Of a DNA stretch of 64,000 nucleotides, positions 24,601-35,775 are shown piece by piece; the first letter of the stretch is position 1, and every line of letters begins with the position of its first letter. The stretch lies in NCBI GenBank assembly GCA_002269645.1, contig NIVC01000362.1:310001-374000 (forward strand). The letters are read 5' to 3'. Under the pieces are notes generated by a model. It did no database searches. It had not been told where the DNA came from and saw nothing but the letters and a program-made list of their open reading frames with translations. The translations under genes and the position numbers were made by a program. This stretch comes from Macrostomum lignano (taxonomy: Eukaryota).

Positions 24601-24813
24601 AAAGCCACAACGGGAATGCCTGAAGATGAGTACCGCCAGCGGCGGAAATGTCTGCTGAGCTCACTGGTCTCCACAGTGGTGGGTCTATTGGCTGCCATTG
24701 ACATTGGCACGACAGCCGTGCTGCCTCTGACTGGCATCGCCATTGCGTCGGCGGGGATCGGCCATCTGGCTCCACGGGTGCCTGCCATTGTGGAATCTAG
24801 GTGGAAGCCCTGA
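21655..24813 (+). CDS. Intronless 1052-aa protein with multiple LRAT/NlpC-P60-like (PLAAT/HRASLS-type) domains and a hydrophobic C-terminus
   Basis: Canonical YDLLFNNCEHFV..YG...S.Q motif (Cys codon 24328-24330). Degenerate copies: KPGD...VHF...IHY...VLQRARSRL..EH...NNATMFALWCK (~21850-22176) and KHAVV...VVKRALSRLGEREH..WNSDRDFARWC (~22950-23445). Further GD-x-H starts are present. The C-terminal ~130 aa contain Gly/Ala-rich hydrophobic stretches. Confidence 0.85.
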   Translation: MAISLQKQTHQPELQQLQQSGDEAVEELNTILKEYHVITEGDQELFNQHKDDRKVRLTQENMHKLKPGDVVELRYYTLVHFIVVEGVRILPDTPADFIIIDAIHYGRPNLLTPNRIIREKFSLRLNTEKCWLQVFPPASCYPSQTVLQRARSRLNEEEHNGISNNATMFALWCKVESTTHRPSCRVPIYLSNKHPTHTVKEGDHIDIECSVGKASEIHAEVTGVEQVLDDSYLVTIVTREAAWIPYVHECEHVLTEPVSRVISMTDKKEIVELSDRTQFLDRVLYPVSKQSSLSFCSLLLSAEHQGDEWQRAALQGPVKKCEPRVLTGKQNPSLLKPGDIIHLNGVYRVVTDVRAVESGIRVRTVQYCPGPDSTDSGELMELKCRILKQEKRISLCVHNEVHQDCELYGGGREKPSYTATRVTDIKQVKKGCVISLRNEYSFFKHAVVIETFSEEAKTTRLVENPNRRPNAGDEDVAESPIPTALTDHANIESRAEQARMGEEEAAVENDTGTKLVCKLMSFVLSLSISTQQFQLKTHCMEIDIDEQSKQDVHLIDYNVEASRKFSPDKVVKRALSRLGEREHDFLWNSDRDFARWCSIEHGSNREQCRIDIECAKDLVNFGRGHIKFLKSPNLYTHDAIMRECSKFEDSDDIVKVRLYENNHQFRTVRKEVLVISQQETVLRVNYDGFRRSESVMPDSKVIDQLTDCTFLNADDDRYGWTGKEVKYDSKVTSHDFCHWLKCKRQGKSLGDIAELFDAKLEKIQKDAARLDELGFVSLEQGKISQECVLRVSSLRQFDHIVLDRKVQGKVTKVHFILVEWDAESCTGVGVTYEAPAENVEMGFNEFNGFLRVTGPGQLKKVVHNTELDWEKIDAKFKDCQGARNYDLLFNNCEHFVNFLIYGRFTSLQLSDWALRATSAFPSFAVSFFKGIGKFANLINRVIQFFADITPAVPDGKTFWSEGLGLVFIIGFSALEAAVLKFRKATTGMPEDEYRQRRKCLLSSLVSTVVGLLAAIDIGTTAVLPLTGIAIASAGIGHLAPRVPAIVESRWKP

Positions 24814-25877
24814 AGGCATCGACACAATTGAAGCTGATTTGCTTATCATAGCAAATCCCTATTTTGCAGCGTCGAGTCAATAGTTTTTTATTGGATCGAA
24901 CCTTCTAATCAAAAGATGTCGTTTGTGCTTTGAAGTCGTTTGTGCTTCACTTATCTTTTAAACTCAAACTTATAATCATACATAGTTTTCCATCTCCAAT
25001 GGACCTAACATCTGTGTGTCAAATCTACTTCGATCGATTTTTGTTTTTGTGCACAGTTTATTGACTTGCTTATTAATGCAAACAAGATACAGTTACCAAT
25101 TTGAATCACATGGTATAGAAGTTTCATTATAAAATTATTATTTATCATTGGAGTTTTGGCCTAGCGTTTAATAAGTGTAATACATTTTGACTTAATTTCC
25201 CATGTAGTAGCTACTCGTACTCCATGCAATAAATTTGTTCAAAATAAAGAATTGAAAAAGTAACTACCAACCTAAAATTTGTTTGTTTCATTTCTTAAAG
25301 TCAGATACGTGCAGTAGTAAATGGTCGAGTTTTATCAAATGTAGCTTTTTGAAATGCCTTGATAATTTGTTCCTTCCATAAAGTATTTACAGGTACGATA
25401 GCCTAACTTGGTACATGTATCTATGTATCTAATACACATGTCTTAATTAGATCAACTCACTGAGACCGATAGAACAAAATAGAGACTTTATACATGTACA
25501 TGTACACATATGCTTCCTATATACTTCCCTATAAACCTCTTAGACAAAAGGGGATGATAGGGGGTGGAGAGAGCGGTGTGTGTAGGAGCGATCGAGTCCT
25601 CGAAGTAAAGAGGATTTGTGATCTCAGAGTCTGGACCAAGTATTCTTGTGTTCGCAAACTTGGGATAATGACATTAGGAAAAATGAGAGGCCTCTCTTCG
25701 TGATAATTATTCTGTCTTAATTTTTTCAACAGAGGGATATACTAAGAACTTAACTTGCATGTACAGTACTTAAGTTATTCACATAAGTGTAACATACAGA
25801 AGTAAATAACTTAAGAAAATTCCTGCCTCTTAAAAATGTCTACTCGAATACTTGAGTAGCTACCAGGTGTCTCGTTT

Positions 25878-28607
25878 TAAATCCCAAAGGAAAAACGCAG
25901 AGTAAAAGCAAGTGGCACAAAAGACCGGCACACCGGCTCTAAGCCCCGCACGCAAGCAGGGCACCCGCACCCAACCAACCCACGCACCCAACCAACCCAC
26001 GCACCCAACCAACCCACGCACCCAACCAACCCACGGGTCTAAAACCCGAGGGGGGTTTTAGACCAGTTAAAGTCAGATACCTGCCTCAAACTGACGTATT
26101 AAACCCCAAAGGACAAACGCAGAATAAAAGCAATTGCCGACCGCCGCGCTGCTGTCGACGTAGCAGGCCACCTTGCCGCCGGCCAGCTTATCCTGGAATA
26201 TAATGATGGCGAGCAGCGGCGCAGTACCGTCTCCTTGGCGTTGATACATGTATGCTCGCTCAGGAAGATGTCGCCGGCGTAACTGCAAAAGTTGACGAGG
26301 CGGAACTCGGCGCCGGCCAACAGAGGTGCTCAGGATTATGCCACCGGTACTAACGCAGGCGTCTGTCTCGACCGCTGCCAGCACTCGAGCACGTCGCCAC
26401 AGCTTTTCGGTCAGGAACACTGGAATTGCATGTTGCCAGAACTGCAACTGGGCCAGCAGCTCGCCGCGCACCAGTACTCGATGATTCTGCTCGGGAACAG
26501 CGATGGTAATCTCCATTAGCGCGCGGAGCATGGCCTTTGCAGGTTCGGTCACTTTGCAGAACAGTTCAGTTTGCCGAATAGGTGCTGAAGGCGACGTTTT
26601 TGCAGGCTCCTTGAGTTGGCGCAGTCCTGGAGAATTTATTTAAGGCCGTCCATCTTCTTGGTGGGCATGCAGCGACAGCAGGCCAAGTCGAGCTGCACGC
26701 CCAGGAAGGTGACCGAAGTGGCTGGGCTCTGCGTCTTGACCCAGTTGATCTGAAAGCCGAGGCCCTGCAAGGTGGCCAGCAGAAAATTGTGCAGCTGCAG
26801 ACAGACCATGCAGAATCGTCAAGGTAGGCGATGACGGCGAAGTTCGGCAGATGCGAGAATTGTCTGTACATGTAGCGCTTGACAGCTTGCGTTAGGCGGT
26901 GGAATATGTGGAATAGGACCGATGCCGCCACACCGAATGGGAGTCGCGTGTCAACCAGGTAGGTTGGCTGACCGTCCAGCTCGAACGCCCACCTGAGGCC
27001 CGTTGCCTGGTAGCAGTCTGGGTGCACCTGAACGCTTCGGTGGGCGTGGCGATCGGTCGACCTTGCTGAGGAACCAGGGCTCCTGGTGCCAGCTGCCTGG
27101 TGAGATCCTCGACACTGGCAAACTTCTGCTTCTGGCGGGGCTTGTACAGATCGTTGAGACTGTTGCCCTGTGGCAGCAGGGCCGGCAGCAGGGCTGGCAG
27201 CAGGGCCAGCAGCAGGGCAAGCGACAGGGTGATCGGCAAAGCGAGAGGCAGGGCGAGTGGCAACGCAAGGCGAGCTGTCTCGCATGGAATTAAAATATTT
27301 AACTGTCTAGCAGACGCCGTCCGCTTAGGGCTAAAACTGGTGCCGCCGCGACCCGCCTCTCTGATCAGTTTTTTGATTCGGCAGTCACCGAACTGTGATG
27401 CAGCTTTGAGTGGCTCCCTTCCACAGATGCGGCAGATGTGGGCGAAATTGCAGGTGTGTCTGTGATAGCCTTTGTTGCTATTGAAAAGGCCGCAGATGAC
27501 CTGTCCAGCGGATGACAGCTGACCCTTGCTCCTGTGCCCTTGGACTCCTAGACTGACCCCACTGGGCCAGCAGCTCGCAGGTTTTTGGGCGCCGTCATAT
27601 GCTTGATGATGAGGTTTAGATTGGGGCTGTCCCAGTCGCGCTGTCGCGAGTGCTGCTGCAGCCTCATGTCCTGGCCGTACTGAAGCACCACCTTCCAGTC
27701 GTAGCCAGCGTCGATCAGCTCGCAGATGTGGATGTTGAAGTTGAGATAGGCGCTCAGCCGGGCTGTCCATCCGTACCGAGCGCCACCAGCTGGTCGGTCT
27801 CCAGCAGCCGCTGCATAATGCGCGCGTTGGCAGCCACCCACTGGCCAAAGTTGACTCCAAACACGCTCGGCGTTGCGCCTTTCCGAGTCAGGCGACCACG
27901 TTCCTGCGTCAGCAATCCTCCCGACAGCTGCCTTTTGTCCAGGTAGTCCGGGATGAGCAGCGCTGAGGGGGGCCGCTGGGCTCCGGCCGAATCAAACCTC
28001 GGTTGTCGGCTCTGGCCCCCGAACAGGCTGGCGTAGATGTCCGGCTCTCCTCTGGCCAGCGGGGTCGATGCAGAGCCACCGCGGATCGACTGCACTTCTT
28101 CTCGCTACTGAGACTCAGCCTTCTGCAGTTTCAGCAGCTCGATCCTCTTCTGAGTCTGCCAAATCTGCACCTCTGTGGCCTCCTCCACTGGCGCAGGCCG
28201 GGGCACGTCATCTTTGTCCTGATCGTCGTCGCCGTCGTTGTCGCTGGGAGCGCGTTCGGCCTGGCTTGCAGCGTATCAGCTCTTCTTTATTGCCACTTGT
28301 CGGTAAGGCCTTCTCGCGTAAGCTGCATCTTTGAGGGCCTGCACGGTCATGCTGTCTAGCGTGGAGTCTATTGTGAGTGCAGTGCTTGGAAAGTCAGGCA
28401 GGCGAAAAAAATATTTTGCCAAAATTACGCCGACTCAGCGGCCTATGACTAAATAGCATAGAGTGGTGAGGGGAGGGGTTAGCTCTACCCAGGTAAGCCC
28501 CGCACGCACGCAGAGCACCCAAATAACCCACCAAAGCGAGGATAGGCCGGCGCGGGGGCCGTTTAAAACCAGTTAAAGTCAGATACCTGCCTCAAACTGA
28601 CGTATTA
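25878..28607 (-). mobile_element. Internally deleted Ngaro-like (DIRS-order) retrotransposon with split direct repeats
   Basis: Gag-like fragments (LLIPDY..QWVAANARIM; ELIDAGYDWKVVLQY; zinc finger ICGLFN...TCNFAHICRICG at ~27405-27480). RT: LPFG, AYLDD at 26815-26829, then after a frameshift LLATLQGLGFQINWVKTQSP..TFLGVQLD. RNase H: VETDAC, CINAKE, CYVDS. An identical 40 bp repeat A lies at 28568-28607 and 26062-26101, and repeat B at ~26100-26133 and ~25878-25911, giving A1-ORFs-B1-A2-B2. No tyrosine recombinase is seen. Confidence 0.85.
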
Positions 28608-29088
28608 TCACGTACGAGTATGAAGCGCATGCACTTACTGTACATGTATACATGTAAGCAATCCTTGACTCCTTACCGAGCTGTCGGTTGCACATTTGCC
28701 CATTAAGACAGGTGCATGTACTATAAAATCATCCATTTATTATTATTATACAGCATATGTACAGTTACATAAGTAAATCTTAATTCAGCTAATGCAGCGA
28801 TAGCTACAATAAAAATTATATGTACATTATAATAATTATGCAATGCATGCATGTATCCCGTGTGCGACATCTCCGTGCACGATATCTCCGACATGTCCTT
28901 GATCCGACGTACATGTGTATATGTAAACCCGGTGTCGATAGAACCTTGCAGGCTAATACGTTTTTTACATATTACCGACGGATCCGCCCGTCGAGCTGTG
29001 CTTTCCTTGGCTTATCAGATCTTCCGGGTGGCGCCGGGGATCGCCGAGGCTCACTGTCATTGAGCCCTTAGCCGTACCACAGGGCACG

Positions 29089-29620
29089 CTCCGGGTCAGG
29101 ATGCTGAACTGCCGCACTCTCAAGGCCGCCGCGAGAAGAGGGCTGCTGGCGCAGCTAGCGCTCGACTCGCAGTCAATGTCAAAGTCATCTCCCTGCAAGA
29201 GGTGTCCGTCAGGGCCGACCCGGGAATTCACTGTGAGGACCTAGGCGCCGGTTGGACCCTCTGGTACACGTCAGCGGAGCAACTATAGGCCGTGGAGGAG
29301 TTGTTGGAGCGCTGATCGGACCGAAGCTGCAGCAGAGCTGTCGCTGCATCTTCCCTGTCTGACCGGCTGCTTCGGGTCGACGTCCGGCTTCGTGGCCGGA
29401 ACCCTTGCCTGTTCTAAGAGTACGCGCCTCCTGCCACCCGACCTTGACGAGGCTCAAGTCTTCTTCGAGCAGCTCTCGTGACACAGTGGTCGTCCCTCGG
29501 AGACCTGAACGCGGTTTTGCGTAGGTCCGACCGATCAAGCGGTCGCTGTTTGTGACACCGCGCGCGAGAACAACAACTGCACCGGAGCGCTGGAGGACTT
29601 CCTAGCTGGAGAGGCAGGAC
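29089..29620 (+). mobile_element. Degenerate non-LTR retrotransposon (LINE) APE endonuclease fragment
   Basis: Across frameshifts and stops: LRVRMLNCRTL, VISLQEV, GGVVGALI, LSDRLLRV, YAPP, VFFEQLS, LGDLNA (~29496-29513). This is the ordered motif set of APE/EEP domains of RTE/CR1-like elements. Confidence 0.8.
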
Positions 29621-32498
29621 ATGGCGCCGTCAACTGCCGCACCATCACGCCGCTGGCTCTGCGACCAACCCTCACGGCATAAATTTAAACATGACACCCT
29701 TCGACGCAATTCTCAACGGCTCCCTCGATAGCACGAACACGAACCCTTTGCTGAATTTAGCTTGAAGTGTTAGTTTAGTTAATTATTTGTCCCACTAGCA
29801 ATTGAACAATGGATGGCAGGCTCTGCACTCTGTCTTTCCTATATTTTCTATTCGCCAAGCGATCTAAATGTACCGGTGGGTGCAGCAGCAGGGCCTCCAG
29901 CGAGCCTACTTGGCTGATCCGGCAACCCCGGGAGTTCTGCCGCATGCTGATGGCGCACTGCCCGGGTACCTGCCAGCAGAACACGCCCATGGTAGAAGGC
30001 CTGGCCCAGTCTGTTGCCGCGCGGATGTGCAGTCGACGGGACTCCTCGACCTGGCTGAGTACATTTACGTCGATCGGTCAGCAGCTGCACGTACCTGGCT
30101 GGAGAGTCCATGCAGTGCCATGCGGAAGATCAGTGTGTATCGCCAAGCGATCCGGACAAACAGCGAAGTAGAACGACCGGTGCCTGAATAGCAGAGGATG
30201 GAGCACACTCACGATGACGCTCTACCCGCTGCTGGACGTCCTGCACAAGGATCGTGGCTTATCTGGTTCCAGTTTACTGATCTGCCTTGGTGAGCGAGCA
30301 GGCCGCTCAAGAGTGCCAACACAAGTTGCGTTATCAGCAGCTTCTTCAGGAGTCGGCAGAACGCAACTGGACCAGCTAGATATCAAACCGGCTAGGTCTC
30401 CATGCAACAGCAGCTTTTCTGCTCAGCCGAAGCCGACGACAGCACTGTACACATCCCCACTTTCAGTGAGCTGGTGAACAAAGATGATGAAACTGCATGT
30501 TTTAATCGCCATTCATTTTATTATACTTTTCTTTGACAGCATATACGATTGTCTGCAGCCATATTTATTTTACAAGCGTAAAAACCAAAACAGTTTTTCC
30601 ACTCTCTCTCCGATCCTCTCGGTCCCTACATGTATGCGCAGCTGTCTCGATCCTTGCGTCCTTGCGCCTTTATGTCTTTGTCTTTGTGGCTTTGAGCTTT
30701 TGCGTCTTTGTGTCATAGTTCACGTGTATCTTGCATTTTTGCCCTAAACTACAGCATATTACTTTACATGTACATGTACATGTACAAAACGACTGCATGC
30801 ATGTATTGTAAATCTATAATTGTGGTCTAACTCCGCCAAGTCGACCAGATCTGGTCCCAAGTCCAGAATGAGAAAGGATCAGAGAGGGGAGATTATTTTC
30901 AAAGCCTTGAAGTCTCACAGTTCAGCCTCAGTTTTTACATCTACATGTATACTTGTACTTAGCAGCAACTGTAATTGAGTGTACAATATAGCTTAATTTT
31001 TATTATTGCAGGTTGAATTGAAAAACTGACCAAACTTTAAAGCATGACGATTGGCTGGATGACGAAGTGTCCTATCTTCGAGTGGATTACGAAAGTGTAA
31101 GATGACAAATTTGTAAAGATGACGAAGTGTCTATATAAACTGACAATGTAAGGCAGCCGGTCTCATACTTCTACACTGGTCATGCTGAATACGCCTGCGC
31201 AATCATTGGTAACCATCTATTTTAAGTAAATTATTTTAGGTAGACCGAGTTTAATACATTGCTTTTTAACTGGCACAAAATTGGTTATAAAACAGTAATC
31301 CTAGAGAAAACTTTGTTTAATTGCGAACGTATTTGCGTCCTGTTTTTAAACTATTCATGCTGTTACCGTTATCTGATGCTTTAACAATAACGGGCCCTTT
31401 ACAGACGTGGCAGAAGTTAAGCCAATTAAAGCTGTTTTAACTTTGTTCATTGATGATTTTTTCTTGTCTAGGTCAAGACAAACGTCAAATGCAAATGCCA
31501 GGATGACATGGGTCAGTACATGTTAAATACTGAACTGACCCATGTCATAGGCCTATTGTTTTGTTTAATATGTTAAAAAACGGTGAAATTAATTAAATGC
31601 AGTAAACTAAAAGATTGCCTGTAAATGCAAGGGTCTTGTAAATTTTATGGAAACCAATTCTGTTGACCAACATTTTTTGTTGATACAGGGATTAATCTTT
31701 TCTGGATTAAGATAAAGGTACTAGATAGGAGTCATAATTTATACTTGTAATTGAGGCCTAGTACTAGTAAGGCTAGGCCTAAGCCTTAACATGGCCGCAA
31801 TTACTCATTAGCATTATCAGGCCTTTAGGTTTTGAAAGCTTGTTGCCTTCTCTTTATGGGTGCAGCCCATTTTGATAGAAATTTTTGGCAAAAGATAATT
31901 CATTGAAAGTGAATATTTAATTTATATAGATCATATAGGATGTACATTTCAGCAATAGAAAGTGACCAGTTTTGCAAAAAGATAGGCTACTTATGATTGC
32001 ATTGCAAATATAGTACTTTGATAGCCTAATTATACTTTTCAATAAATTTGTAGTATGGTGCATTTTATTCTAGAATTTAATAATATTTTAATTGTATTGC
32101 TAAATTGAATTCCTGCCAAAAACTTTTTAAAACATGGTCATTTGTGTAACTACATTATTTGAATATTTGTTTTATTTAGGCAAAGTTTGTTTTATTGATA
32201 TAGCTATTTTTGTTATTTAGTCTGCTATGCCTAGCAAGGAATAAGGAGACACAAAGTGTGGCAAAAAAGATTACAAAGCTGGCCAAAACCTAGCACAAAG
32301 CAGAAAGAATGAAAAACAAGACAGAATGAAAGCAAATGACTAGTGTAGGCAACAGGAGCAAAGGTTAGCCAGAGAAGGCACAAACCAAGTTAAAGCAAAT
32401 AGCCAAAACACAAAAATTAAAGCGATGAAAATCAGAAAACAAGCAGACATCGCAGCCAAAAACTTGCATAAGGCAGCAAAACCCAGCTTAAAGCTTGG

Positions 32499-35400
32499 TA
32501 GATAGAACTACATTGCATCACTGTGCGAATCACTGATTTGCTACACTTCTGGATCCAATAGACCAAGGCGAGAGGCCCAAGTAACGCCTCTCCTGTGTAG
32601 GCTATGAGCTATGAGCAAGGAGTTACAACCCACGCCTTGCAACATGCAAGCTATCAAACTGCCTAGCAACCAGAGGCAACACTCTGCCACCTAAGCTGCT
32701 AGACCAAAGATGCTGTTCAGGTCTAGACAGGCAATTAAGGTGGACATGCAGCTGGATCACTGCTAGGCCTACTAAACAGAGCAGATGTCCTAGGTAAAGC
32801 TCTGAAGTAGTAGCACACTATGCCAGCACTCCTTAAACTAGATTGTCTTGTCGTAGCCTAGCTGCAGCACAAGCCCTGCTAGGTGAGGCTGCAGGTTGCA
32901 TAGTAGCACCACCAGTTTGCCACCTGGGGAGCAAGGCAGCAAGCTTGACTTCCTCAGCACACCCCACCAAGCCAAGCACAAAGAGTGAAAGGCGAGAGCC
33001 CAACAGGCTACCCCAAGGACGCTTGATGTATTCAACTGATCTCAAATTGCCAGATCATCCAGAGACAGAGGGAGCTTCTGGCTTGGCTGAAAGCCAAGCT
33101 TGCATTTGGCACCCCTTAGCAGATGCTACATTGAATCTCCCTTTGTATGGTCAATGCTGCAATTCAGATAGAACTGGAGAGACAAGGTGCTAGCATGACA
33201 TCTTAGGCTTCTAAAGCTCTTAAGGTGCGACTCGGTAAGCCCTGCTAGATAGTTTAGAAATGTCATCTCGCAAAACATAGCTGGTCGTGGCCAAGTGTCT
33301 TGCAGTGCAGAAGCCACGATCGAATCTGCAAGCTGATCACAGAGTACAACCAAGGGGCGTAAGCGTAAGAAGCACTTAGAAGCTGGGTGGCGCGTGTGCT
33401 CAAAAGCCTTGGTATAGCCAGGTGACCTGAAAAAGGAGAGAAGTGGCAAAACTGCGGCTGATAACATGGGATAGAAAGGTCAACAAACTCTTTACCAATG
33501 TCCTGCTCTCAGCTGATGTAATGCCAGTCTGTCCAGCCATCAGAGGAGTGGATCACAGCTGCAGCACCCTTTTTGCAGGAGTAAGATTCTTTTGCCACAA
33601 AATTAAAGGGGATTGGCCAAAGCTAGTGCCACTAGGCCATCTGCAGCGCAGCCGTTTACCAGTTCAGCTAAGCACGCAGCCTATCATTGATACAAGTCTG
33701 GTGGTAATGGTGTGCTAGCCAATTGTAGCGCTGGATCAAATCTTTCAGGAAAGATCTCCCATGCCAAAGGACCTGAGCAGCCCAATTCAGCTTGCTGATC
33801 AGTTGCTAGAGGCATTGCTTGGAAACACAGGGCTATAGATGAGACAAGGTTGATAGTTAGCAAAATCTGCACAACCTTCTTGGCTAGTAATCCTATTTCC
33901 CAGTCACAGAGTCAAATTTTATGCCTAGAAAGTTCATACGCTGGGTTGGCCTGATGCACTTGTCCCAGTTGACTATGAAGCCAAGTCTCTGAAGCAGAGT
34001 AGGCAGCTGAGCAAAGAATTGCTTGCAATGGTCCAATGAGCCACAGAAGGATTAATGAGTCATCCAGGTATGCCACAGTTTTAACAAAGCCGCACTTGAT
34101 CATCATCAGTTTAATGGCATTGCTAAGCTCATAAAAACACCTAACTGATGTGGCTGCACCAAATGGAAAGCAGGTGTTGACCATGTAGATATCCAAATGC
34201 TACTTGTCAGGCCAAAATTTGATTCCCGTAAGCGGAAACTCACTAGGATAGAGGCTGCATGACCAGTACACTTCCCAGAGGTCAACTTTGCACATAGAGT
34301 TGCCCAGGAGCAGATGCCCAGTGAAGTCCTGCGCTCTAGCAAACTGCAACTTCCAGTTTTGCATATAATGATAATCATTCAAAGATTTTCCAATTGGCCA
34401 ACTGCTGTCATGAATGAGCCTAACAGAAATGCCGTCAGACTTCTGCACAGCTCCAAAGGCACTAACTATCAGCAATTTTTGTGACAAAAGTACAATTTTG
34501 TAGCACTCAAGAGCGATTTTGTGTTCAATCTAATGTTGGCAAGCAGAGTGCATACAAGAAACAGAACTGTAATTTCCGACCTCAACCTGCTTAGTCAATG
34601 GAGGATTAAAACTCGTGACCAAAAAGCCTTTAGATATTTAGATATTGCTAGCCAAATTGAATAGCTTCAGCAAATCGACACTGCTGATCTCTTCTATCCA
34701 CACAGCACAAACAAGGTCAGACAATAAAACTTTGGGGATAAAATAGTCATCAGGAATTCAAATACTCTGCGTTGCTTCCTCTTTATGGCTGAGTATAAAG
34801 TATAGAGTGTTGGCCACCACACTTGCAGCAGTGATGGGTATACCGGCACACTGCCCTTGTATAGCCGGAGGTTTTGTTGAAATCAAAGCAGATGGTCAGG
34901 TACCAAGAAAGGCATTTTGTTGTTGTCACTGAGTTCTGCCATGGTGGTGCCATCAGATACAAAGCTGCAAAGGTAATATCCAAGCTATGCAATTGCCATT
35001 GAGTAGGGCTGGTCTGGCTAAGCCAATACTCATCATCCAGACAGAATTCGAGAACACTCAAATCCAAGGTCAAGAGGTCACCAATCCAAGCCATGTACCG
35101 CAGGTATTCACAAAGCTCAGATACATCAAAACCACCATCAGCGCTCGACTGGACTAACCTACCATCCCATAGCATCTGCAGCATAGTGTTGGCATTCCCT
35201 GTAATCCAATTGCCCATTGACATATTCTCAACAGCCGCCTTTTTCTGCTTTAGGCTAGTCTTGCTGGGCTTGTCCTGTCCTTCTGGAACACCAAACTGTC
35301 TCAATTTTCTTTGGCTAATGAAATCAATCACGTAGTAGTTCTTGATATATGCTATGCTGTCCTTATACTGCTACTAGTTTTGCTAGTGCCATGGGAAGGG

Positions 35401-35775
35401 TCAACAACTGCATTAAATAACTCACTAGGCTAAACAGCAGTACTGCTATTCAGTTTTGCTTCTAGCTAGAGCAGCTTCTTGTTTGCGTAGTGTGAGCAGA
35501 TAAATCATTTTCTTGGCTTCGTAAATCTCTAGGTCAAGGTCGCCCACTGCACCAGGCTCTGTGCGCGTCACCACTGCAAGAGAGTGTGTTTGCACTTCAC
35601 TGTGTTGGTTTGCTCCAGCTACAATGCTTGAGATCTTGGCCATCTGTCGCCCACTAGGCAGCTCTTTGCTTGTGTGCTGGCTCAGGTGTACTAAGAACCG
35701 TCGTTCCATTAGTTTTTCTTTAGAGCCACACGTTGATAAGCCTAGCTCGTTTAGTTTCTCACGCAAGGCATCCAA
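32499..35775 (-). mobile_element. Decayed full-architecture Ngaro/DIRS-type tyrosine-recombinase retrotransposon
   Basis: SAP-like N-terminus (LREKLNELGLSTCGSKEKLMER). Gag with EYLRYMAWIGDL and zinc finger ICFDFN..G..RAVCRYTHHCCKCGGQH. RT: IVSAFGAVQKSDG..RLIHDSS.P.GKSLND, KVDL, FPFG, AYLDD (34059-34070). YR: TFLNYLAG, LRKSSLLP (~32946), AHSLHRRG.TWA (~32590), SDAM*FYL (~32500). Many stops and frameshifts. Confidence 0.82.

Noticed and set aside
21643-24827. Antisense ORFs overlapping the LRAT gene
   Set aside because: Typical shadow ORFs of a GC3-rich coding strand, with no recognisable motifs.
29809-30477. GC-rich ORF cluster after the LINE relic
   Set aside because: Looks like decayed coding or TE sequence, but I could not assign any motif.
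25430-30960. Clusters of TACATGTA palindromes (~25434-25505, ~28641-28656, ~30764-30785)
   Set aside because: A simple low-complexity motif in AT-rich spacers, with no structure suggesting a discrete element.
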